This document shows, piece after piece, positions 1 through 9,133 of a DNA stretch of 64,000 nucleotides. The stretch is from Marsupella aquatica (taxonomy: Eukaryota; Plantae; Marchantiophyta). The translations under genes were made by a program, and so were the position numbers. Location of the stretch: contig OZ316898.1 in assembly GCA_973895155.1 (NCBI GenBank), positions 20,657,292-20,721,291 of the forward strand. The letters run 5' to 3'. Every line of letters begins with the position of its first letter. Position 1 is the first letter of the stretch. Under the pieces are notes generated by a model that was not told where the DNA came from, made no database searches, and was given only the letters and a program-made list of their open reading frames with translations.

Positions 1-604
1 TCCTTCACTCTTACCTCAAATTCATAATAAATTCCCTCTATATCCTAAGATATTTATTCACTAGAAAGTGAACCCCTACTCCTTAAGTAGTCCCCTACAA
101 AGTCTACAACTAAACTCCACTCTCAAAATTAACCCTTTGAGTGTTTTACATAACTCATTTCCAAAGCTTCTTCCAAAGTCAAAAGGGCCATCTATCATGT
201 AATAATTTGATGTCAATTAACCATACCCATACCCATTTTGGCCAAACTACTGGCAACATCTTAGCTAGAAAAGTGTGACAAAGCTAACACTCTTTTGTTG
301 GATATTATAGCCAGATTCAAAAATGGAAAGTATAGGGTGAAGATGGTACAATATTAAATGCACTACCTTTCTGGCCGGTCAGACGATAGTCCAAATTGAC
401 CTGTGGATCAAGTATGTTAGAACGCAAGCTACCTCTCTTTTCGTCCACCCCTTTTTGTAAAGTGCCCCGGTCTTAAGAAAGGGTCAGATAGATTAAAATA
501 ATTAGTATTGACTAGGTACTGAATTTTAGCCTGGCCTGGGGATTCTGAAATTTACGGTCAAACACCATTCAGCACCCACCAGTCTCAAACCACTTGGGTG
601 ATTC

Positions 605-2605
605 AGTGGTTTTATAAAACACGGCTCGCACCACTGCAATGAGAGTGGTATAAGCAGTGCTTTAATTCTTGTCATCTCAAAGCACCTGATTATGAGTGGA
701 TTCTGAGTGGGTTCTTCAAGTTGCAAAGACCCAAGCTAAGAGGGCTGGCACATTGTATTTATAATTTTAGAACATGGGGTGCCAATGGTAGGCTCATGAT
801 TTTTGGTTGTAGCCTTCCTCATTCCTCCAACTTAGCTCCATCACATTGCTCCTGAAGGACAGCTCTAACACAATGGCCTCCCAGTTTGAGCAAAACCACC
901 CACCCCATCACACAAGAAATCAAAAGGTGCTAAGTTTTGGGGCACATAGAAGTTGAGCAACTCCTTCCACCACCTTTAGCAACATCACTCCAAGAGTTTG
1001 TGGAATTGGAGAAATAGAGTTAGTGGGTGACCCTACCATGTACCACTGGTGAAACCACTCAGACCTCTTAGTGGTTTTATAAAACATGGCTCGCACCACT
1101 GCAATGAGAGTGGTATAAAGCAGTGCTTTAATTCTTGTCATCTCAAAGCACCTGATTATGAGTGGATTCTGAGTGGGTTCTTCAAGTTGCAAAGACCCAA
1201 GCTAAGAGGGCTGGCACATTGTATTTATAATTTTAGAACATGGGGTGCCAATGGTAGGCTCATGATTTTTGGTTGTAGCCTTCCTCATTCCTCCAACTTA
1301 GCTCCATCACATTGCTCCTGAAGGACAGCTCTAACACAATGGCCTCCCAGTTTGAGCAAAACCACCCACCCCATCACACAAGAAATCAAAAGGTGCTAAG
1401 TTTTGGGGCACATAGAAGTTGAGCAACTCCTTCCACCACCTTTAGCAACATCACTCCAAGAGTTTGTGGAATTGGAGAAATAGAGTTAGTGGGTGACCCT
1501 ACCATGTACCACTGGTGAAACCACTCAGACCTCTTAGTGGTTTTATAAAACATGGCTCGCACCACTGCAATGAGAGTGGTATAAAGCAGTGCTTTAATTC
1601 TTGTCATCTCAAAGCACCTGATTATGAGTGGATTCTGAGTGGGTTCTTCAAGTTGCAAAGACCCAAGCTAAGAGGGCTGGCACATTGTATTTATAATTTT
1701 AGAACATGGGGTGCCAATGGTAGGCTCATGATTTTTGGTTGTAGCCTTCCTCATTCCTCCAACTTAGCTCCATCACATTGCTCCTGAAGGACAGCTCTAA
1801 CACAATGGCCTCCCAGTTTGAGCAAAACCACCCACCCCATCACACAAGAAATCAAAAGGTGCTAAGTTTTGGGGCACATAGAAGTTGAGCAACTCCTTCC
1901 ACCACCTTTAGCAACATCACTCCAAGAGTTTGTGGAATTGGAGAAATAGAGTTAGTGGGTGACCCTACCATGTACCACTGGTGAAACCACTCAGACCTCT
2001 TAGTGGTTTTATAAAACATGGCTCGCACCACTGCAATGAGAGTGGTATAAAGCAGTGCTTTAATTCTTGTCATCTCAAAGCACCTGATTATGAGTGGATT
2101 CTGAGTGGGTTCTTCAAGTTGCAAAGACCCAAGCTAAGAGGGCTGGCACATTGTATTTATAATTTTAGAACATGGGGTGCCAATGGTAGGCTCATGATTT
2201 TTGGTTGTAGCCTTCCTCATTCCTCCAACTTAGCTCCATCACATTGCTCCTGAAGGACAGCTCTAACACAATGGCCTCCCAGTTTGAGCAAAACCACCCA
2301 CCCCATCACACAAGAAATCAAAAGGTGCTAAGTTTTGGGGCACATAGAAGTTGAGCAACTCCTTCCACCACCTTTAGCAACATCACTCCAAGAGTTTGTG
2401 GAATTGGAGAAATAGAGTTAGTGGGTGACCCTACCATGTACCACTGGTGAAACCACTCAGACCTCTTAGTGGTTTTATAAAACATGGCTCGCACCACTGC
2501 AATGAGAGTGGTATAAAGCAGTGCTTTAATTCTTGTCATCTCAAAGCACCTGATTATGAGTGGATTCTGAGTGGGTTCTTCGAGTTGCAAAGACCCAAGC
2601 TAAGA
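605..2605. repeat. Tandem array of a 466-bp unit, about 4.3 copies
   Basis: Identical ORFs recur at 920/1386/1852/2318 and 1049/1515/1981/2447, giving a period of 466. The internal copies look identical by eye. The first copy has a 1-nt deletion and a C/T change, and the last partial copy has one substitution. Confidence 0.97.
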
Positions 2606-4976
2606 CGTGTGACATATTATTTTGACAATCTAATTTGAGTAGATGAGATGCAAATAGTGTATGTGTGCAAGTTTTTTGGTTATAACTAACAGCTACATGC
2701 TTCTTCACTCCTCCACGTCAGCCCCTTAGTGATATTAAATTAATTCATTTTAAGCAAGAACTAAAGATTGTCTCGCGCAAGACTAAGTGCCAAACGGATA
2801 ACATTTAAATTAATTAATTTGTGGTAGAGTTGGGAGGTAGCAATGTCCAACCACCGTATCAAACTACATTCTTTTTATTCAGATTTGTTCTGTAGAGATT
2901 AATTGAGAAATATTTACTTTGGGTGTATATGCTTCTATGTCCCTAGTCTAAGGTAAGAACCTTTGGATCAACGTAAGTTTGTGTGCCAGTTAAGCAGTTT
3001 AAACATACACTGTCTGCTTCTAGCATTGGTGTAGTCACTGGTGCTGCGCGTTAAGTTTAGTTCAAGAAGAGGAATTCTCGCTACGAGAAGACTTTGCCAG
3101 AATGCACTCCTTTGCCAGTTTTCCAGAATGCACTCCCCTTGCATTCCTTTTGAGTGAATCCTGAAACGCGAGCAGAGGGGACGACACACACCCGCAAGCT
3201 ATAAACCACAAGCGCAAGCTGCTGCCATAGGACTCTTGTTGAAATCGAGTACAGTTTTGTAGCATAGCGGATTTCCTATAGCGGTTCATCGGCATCAGTG
3301 AGTGAGCACGCGAGAGGAAGGGAGGTGGAAGGGAAGCAAGGAAGGGAGGGGGAAAGAAAATCTGACTTCAAGAGTTCCGTCAAGGCGCAAGCGGCAGTTT
3401 TCTTTGGCACGGATCAATGCTTACTCGAAGCAATTCTTACTCGAAGCAATACGAAGGACGGATTGACGTCAAGCTTACTCGAAGCAATTCTTTCAAATCT
3501 TAGTGATCACTCTGGCTCGGCACAAATGGAGGGCTCAGTTTCTTGACAAAAGGTCAATCACTCACCGCCCTTGCGAGCTGCGAGGCCGTCAACTTCCTAG
3601 TTCGCCACGCCCACAACCATCATCATCAGCTCTTCTCTTGAATGCTGTCACTACATTTCTCATTTCAAGAAGGCGGGCAATCGCAATAGGAAGCCACTGA
3701 GAAGTGATGACCTTCATTAGATGCGAATTGCACCTTAGCTAAGACAGTTTAGGGTTTGCAGATGGAATAATTTCATGGCTGTATGGGATGGTTGCAATTG
3801 GGAGGGACGGGTCACAGGGTGATTTCTCTTGCATATACAACGTGAGGCCAGGTCATAGGGTTGACAGTCTGGAAATTTGGAATATTTTTACAAGTGTTGT
3901 TTCTTACGAAGGAGGAATTTAATTTGGTCGCGCACAGGTAGGCTATAGGTAGGCTACGTAAGGGGATGAGTGTGAGGTTAAGACGATTGCTGGGAAACCT
4001 GGTGGAGGGCAGGCAGGAGGCCATTAGGATAGCAGAGAGGAACAAAAAATTTGATTCAAGCTGCTGGAATTGTTGAGGCCGACATCCAACTTTCGTCCGC
4101 TTCCATGGAGAGGAAAGCGACAGGAAGACTTTGTATTCCCTATCTTTGTATCTGTCATCATCTACTAGCTCTTTGTGTTCCTGGTTAGACTAGCTTGGTG
4201 GTCTCTCATACATTGCACGGTTTTGGAAGAAAGTGTGGTGGCGAGTGGCTGGACTATGTACTTAATACTATCTCTCCGGTAAGTCTCATTATTTGTTCAC
4301 CTATAATTAATTGGATCTATTGTCTGCTTACTCAGACAAGCGTTCAGTTTGTCAGTTTTGCCTTTCGTTCCTTGGCGACTCAACCTAGCTACTTCATATG
4401 CATTGTAATATCTCGTAGCACCTGTGTCCGTTACTATCCAGAGTTTGCAATTGAGTTGGGGAGAACCCCATTGCACTGTCAACAAGAAGATTGCAGTGAT
4501 TTGTTGAGGGCAATCAGCCATTAGACTCTACTTTTATTAATTAGTTGGTCACAAATGTTATTCTTCAGTTGTTATTTCAGCACGCCCGGCATGGTAGTAT
4601 GTTGCTGATCAAAGCCCGATCGGACTGCATTGCAGAGTTTGCAGCTTCTCATTTGATTAAGAAAATAATGACCAATTGCAACAATTTAAGAAAAGCTGCT
4701 TTGAGCCGTTCATTGATGTTGTTGATGTCTTCACCACAAAGAAATCTGCAACAAGGTTTTGCCAAATTAAGATCATGCTTGTCGTTGAGGGGTCCACGTG
4801 CTTTCAGAGTCACTTTGTATTCTTCTATATCCCTTAGGGCTGATTGTTATACATTGAGTCACAACTAATTCACAATATTTTTGTGGCTTTCTCAGGTAAG
4901 TTTCCTCGCTAGGGTACATCATCGATCCTTTGCAAGCAAACGGGAGACTAAGCTAGTAACTGAGTCCGCTTGCAGT

Positions 4977-5726
4977 ATGGCAATAGAGGCAAAGTTGGAG
5001 GATGCATGGAGCACCTGTAGGCAAGCTTTTGGTGCAATTTTGTGGTCAGCTGTGGCCTTAGTTTGTGACGGCCTGTTTTGGTCTTGCCTTGGACTACTGA
5101 GCGAGTTTTTCCGCTTTTTGCATGAGCTGCTTGAGCGTCTCATTGCTGTTGCTCGTCCTCAACCAGAAGTTCCTGATTTCAGCCCTCAGTCTGTTGGTAA
5201 TCTCACTGTTGTTGCTCGTCCTCAACCAGAAGGTCCTGATTTCAGCCCCCAGCCTGTTGAGAATCTCACTACTGTTGCTCGTCCTCAACCAGAAGGACAT
5301 AGTTCCAGCCCTCATCCTGCTAAGAATCCAAAAGATGAGCATGGAGAGCAGCAATGGATGCATCCTGTATATGAGCACCATAGCCAGCCAGCTCAAATTC
5401 CAGCTCAGCAACCGATAGTGAGAGAGCAACATCTACTGTATGAGCATGGGCAGGCAGCTCAAGTTTCAGGGCATGGCCAGCATCAGATTGATCCTAGCTT
5501 TGATGTATTATATTTTAGATGCAATCATCCCTCCTTGCATAGTAGGAAACGGTGGTATGCAGTGGGGAAAGGCCGGAATCCTGGTATCTATGAATGTTGG
5601 GAAGAAGCAGAGCGCGAAGTCTCAGGTTTTAGTGGCAATAAACACAAGTCTTTTAGGCTTATAGAAGAAGCAGAGAACTGGTTACTGGGTCATGTGCCGA
5701 TAGAAGGTCTACATAGGAATTTATAA
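4977..5726 (+). CDS. Orphan protein (249 aa): hydrophobic N-terminus, three 21-aa repeats, C-terminal RNase H1 N-terminal hybrid-binding (Cauli_VI-type) domain
   Basis: ATG at 4977 follows a TGCAG acceptor. The C-terminal RWYAVGKGRNPGIYECWEEAEREVSGFSGNKHKSFRLIEEAENWL matches the YAVxxGRxPGIYxxWxExxxxVxGFxGxxxKSFxxxEEAxxW signature. TAA at 5724-5726. No catalytic RNase H domain follows. Confidence 0.8.
   Translation: MAIEAKLEDAWSTCRQAFGAILWSAVALVCDGLFWSCLGLLSEFFRFLHELLERLIAVARPQPEVPDFSPQSVGNLTVVARPQPEGPDFSPQPVENLTTVARPQPEGHSSSPHPAKNPKDEHGEQQWMHPVYEHHSQPAQIPAQQPIVREQHLLYEHGQAAQVSGHGQHQIDPSFDVLYFRCNHPSLHSRKRWYAVGKGRNPGIYECWEEAEREVSGFSGNKHKSFRLIEEAENWLLGHVPIEGLHRNL
5139..5327 (+). repeat. Three 63-bp coding repeats (LxxVARPQPExxxxSPxxxxN)
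   Basis: LIAVARPQPEVPDFSPQSVGN / LTVVARPQPEGPDFSPQPVEN / LTTVARPQPEGHSSSPHPAKN, read directly from the sequence. Confidence 0.95.
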
Positions 5727-6479
5727 GAACTTTTGCGGATCTAACTTGGCAGTGTTGTTGCACTGCACATTGTAATACATTTTGTAAAATTAAAACAATT
5801 TTAATGTTTATTTGTACTCACACGTTGTACAAGATGAAGTCTACTTATGGTTGAGTAACCAGCAAACTCTCTTGCGATCCTTTGCAAGATTGTATTTCCA
5901 CCAGAATATTTATACTCCCACCCGCAGAGCTTGCATTGTAGTAGTTCCGTGCTCATTACCAACTGGCCCATGCAAATCCACATTTAACTGCGTAAAGAGC
6001 TTGCTACCCTGGTTGCTACTAAGAAATGATTTGTAGGCCAAATCAAACTACAAATGGTCCAACATATATTTGTTCAGCAAATATATAGCAGCTGCTCAAG
6101 ATAGAAGTGTACAACTATATGTTCCTGACCAAGTCTTTTAATGGAAAACACTGATGTCTCAAGGTTTCTGTTGGGCCAGTCCTTTCTCACCGTTGTCCCA
6201 TATAACTCTATGTGTCATAGTCATTAGCCATCGTCACCCAAACAACTACAAAACTACCTTAAACAACTAGAATCCTCTTCATCTCTAATTAGAGTAGTTT
6301 TTTAAATTGTCCTTAGTCACTCAAATAAAACAATGAATTATTCTTTCTATTGCAGTGGTAAACTTAGTTGCTTTTACAAGCCAGATACCACTCTTTGAAA
6401 ACACAGTTGTTGGGATTGCTTAAGAGTTGTTTCCGACCAGGAGTAAAAAAGGACATAGTTGTAAAAACCCAATTTCCTT

Positions 6480-7319
6480 CTAGAGCTCCTTTAGCTTGAG
6501 AAGCCGACAATACATCATCTTCAAGGTTTCATCGCGCTGCCTCACAAAGGTGGCCAACTGCATGATTTTGTCAGCACTCTTGATTGGGAATTCCAATTCA
6601 AGAACCTGGAAAAACTCAACCACTGGATCAGCAAAGGCAGGGGAATCAATGGTGGGAGAAATGCCTGATGTAGCCTGTGCCAAGATAGTGGGAGTAACTG
6701 GCGCAGTGGTAGGAACTGGAGTAGGAGGGGAAGTGGCAGGAGCAGCAGCATGGGCTGCAATGGCATTCTGTAATGCCAATTGTGAGGCAGCCGCAATTGC
6801 ACTAGCATAGGCAGGGTTAGGCAATTGTGTGACAGCAAGCAACCGTTGAGAGTGCTGCTCATACACATCCAAAGCCTCGTGGTGCACATACCTGGCTAGC
6901 TGCTTAAATGCAAAAGCATTTGTGAAATTGCTGCCGTACTTCAACTCCAATTCATAAACGACAGTGTAGAAAGTGGATTTGAACTCACGTAAAGAAATAG
7001 TGCCTGGCCGCCCGCTGAAGCGTTCAATGCGGCCAGATGAGTGGCTGGCGTCCATGCTGTATGTCGGTGAAGCAGGAACAACCACGGATGCAGAAGGGGT
7101 AAATGGCAATGAAGGGATAGCAGGCTTTGGAGTAGTGGTGAAGCGACCGCCAAATTGAGCAGAAGGATTGCGTGGTGTGGGTGCTGCTGCTGTTTGCGGA
7201 CGTCGTCGAAATTGCTGAGACTCCAATGAAATTGGCACCAATGGTCGTGGATCACTCCGTAAATGGTACCTGGGTGTCGGTGGCGATGTGCTGCTACCTC
7301 CTGGCTCGTCGGCTGACAT
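6480..7319 (-). mobile_element. Truncated retrotransposon gag-like ORF (probably Ty3/gypsy)
   Basis: 279-aa ORF containing IERFSGRPGTISLREFKSTF...FKQLARYVHHEALDVYE and a Q-R-D-E-T-L..Y..L major-homology-like segment. It ends abruptly at LLKLKEL* with no zinc knuckle or pol. The family assignment is from recall of gag motifs, not from a search. Confidence 0.7.
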
Positions 7320-7343
7320 GCTGCATGCTCACCTGGGTGCCAA

Positions 7344-9133
7344 TGGGAAAGAAACTGACAAGAAAAAGAAATGGCAGCCCCAAGGCTAGGAAATAAACGG
7401 TGTGAGTAGAAATGTGTAAACACACAGAAAAACCGTCGGCAAAGAAAAGACCCTTAAAAACGCAAATTTAGCCCCCTGTGCGTTTGCTGATGTATATGCC
7501 AAATTGACCGTCAGATGTGTATACACCGGACCCGCAGCGGTATGCAGATGACCTGACGTCGGCGGAAAGGAGGGCCCCTAAAATCTATACACATCGGGCC
7601 CCATTGTGGACCCGGGAAGTGCAGCCGTTCGGAATGGACATCAAGGGAGGCGCGTCGACAGGGAAAAGAAATACAAGAAAAACAGGCCCGCCCCTAAGTG
7701 TATACACATCGGGTTTAAGGCGGACCGGCCGAATGTGTATAGGCAAGCGACCCTATACACAACAATAAAAATGGTGCGCGGCCCTATGCTGTCGAGCAAG
7801 GCGAGGCGCAGCAAGGCGAAAGGAAAGAATCCAGCCCGAAAGACAAAGAAGGGCGAGGTGAGGCAGGAGCGAACAGAAAGAAATGGGGCCCTCTTAATGG
7901 CACGAGCCTGCATAGGGCTTCGCGCCCCCTCCTTATGAGCTCCCGAAAAGGGGCTATGAACTCCCCCCCTCCTCTCCTTTAATGCTGCCTCGCTTCCCCT
8001 CCCCTCCTTAAGGCTGAAAATGGGCTCCGTGCTCTGCAGGAGACTCCTGAGGGAAGGAGTCGTATGTACTCCCCCCCCCCTCCATTTAATGTAGCACATA
8101 GGGCTTCGTGCCCACTGCCTCGGCTCTGTCTCCCCCTGCTTTAATGCTGCTTCGTGTGCTGCAGGAGGACTCCCGAGAAGGGAGTCGTATGTACTCCCCG
8201 TCCCCCTTTAATGCAGCATAGGGCCTCGTGCCCACTCTTTGCGCTGCTGCCTGCCTCGGCTCTGTCTCCCCCCTCGCGCTGGTGCTCGGCTAGTCGACTC
8301 CCTTCCTCCTTAATTAAATGCTGGAAAAAATGAGAGGGCACGATGCCCTATGCGCAGCCTGCCTTATGCGATCGGGAGGGAGGCAAAGGGGAGACTACGG
8401 CCGGAAACGGCGAAAAAGAGAAAAACGGGGCGCACGGTCGGAAGGGAAGTGGTCGCGCGGCAGCCGTGGCCGGGAAAATGCCCATAAAAACTAACGAACA
8501 AGGGTCTTAAAAATGCGAGCAAGGGCGCAGCGGCCTGTGCAGTCGACAGCAAGTCGCCGATGTAGGTCACAAAGAAGGTTGCGGCCGGAAAAGGAAAACC
8601 TGGGCCCCGACGGGAGTGTTATGTGTATACACTTAAGTATACACATAACTCCACACTAAACCCATAGTTTTGAAGCCTCGTTCCAATGTCTATCAAGGAA
8701 ATTGCAACGGCTTAACCAAAAATTGTCGAAACTGCCACGAGAAATCTTCTTCCCGTCACCGCTAACTCGAGAGTTCTTCTTGAATAAAAGGCGTAAGAGA
8801 AACAATTGTACTGAAATCGAATCGAAAACCGGCAGGATGCCAAGATCGGCCCGGAGCATCTAACAAATCACTGTGTGAATCCCGTGTACGGAACCGACGA
8901 GCACTGTCTGAGCTCTGTCAACAGCGATTCAAGAAGAACTAAAAATGGCAAAGAAAAACATGCCCTAAGTAGGACCGGGTCCAGGCGTCACACTAACAAA
9001 CACCAAGAACGGCCCAGACTCGCTACAAGAACATGACACTAACTCAAGTAGTACACTAGCCCTAACTATATACCCAGCGGGCATGCGAGGGACATGCCGA
9101 TGTGCACAAGAGGCACTGTCCCTCGGCATGACA
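7344..9133 (-). mobile_element. GC-rich putative LTR / 5' leader of the gag element (boundaries uncertain)
   Basis: Lies directly upstream of gag. On the minus strand ...TTTCCCA-T-TGGCACCCAGGTGAGC at about 7350-7327 resembles an LTR end plus primer-binding site. Candidate TG starts are at 8865 (TGTTAGA) and 9133 (TGTCATG). No second LTR or TSD was found. Confidence 0.4.

Noticed and set aside
605-2605. CRISPR-like array (also considered for 43571-43636)
   Set aside because: The units are contiguous and identical with no unique spacers, there are no cas genes, and the context is eukaryotic.
526-2638. Repeated 90-aa ORFs on both strands of the 466-bp array
   Set aside because: They have non-ATG starts and no recognisable domain, and the unit length is not a multiple of 3. 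They are by-products of the repeat.
7930-8195. Hammerhead (retrozyme) or twister ribozyme in the retroelement leader
   Set aside because: CTTATGA-stem-TATGAAC only resembles CUGAUGA-stem II-GAAAC, and the catalytic core is not intact in any copy. The twister L4 and pseudoknot residues are also missing.
8916-9133. Solo LTR with TGTCA...TGACA ends
   Set aside because: The flanks agctc and ccacc are not a target-site duplication, and no PBS follows either end.
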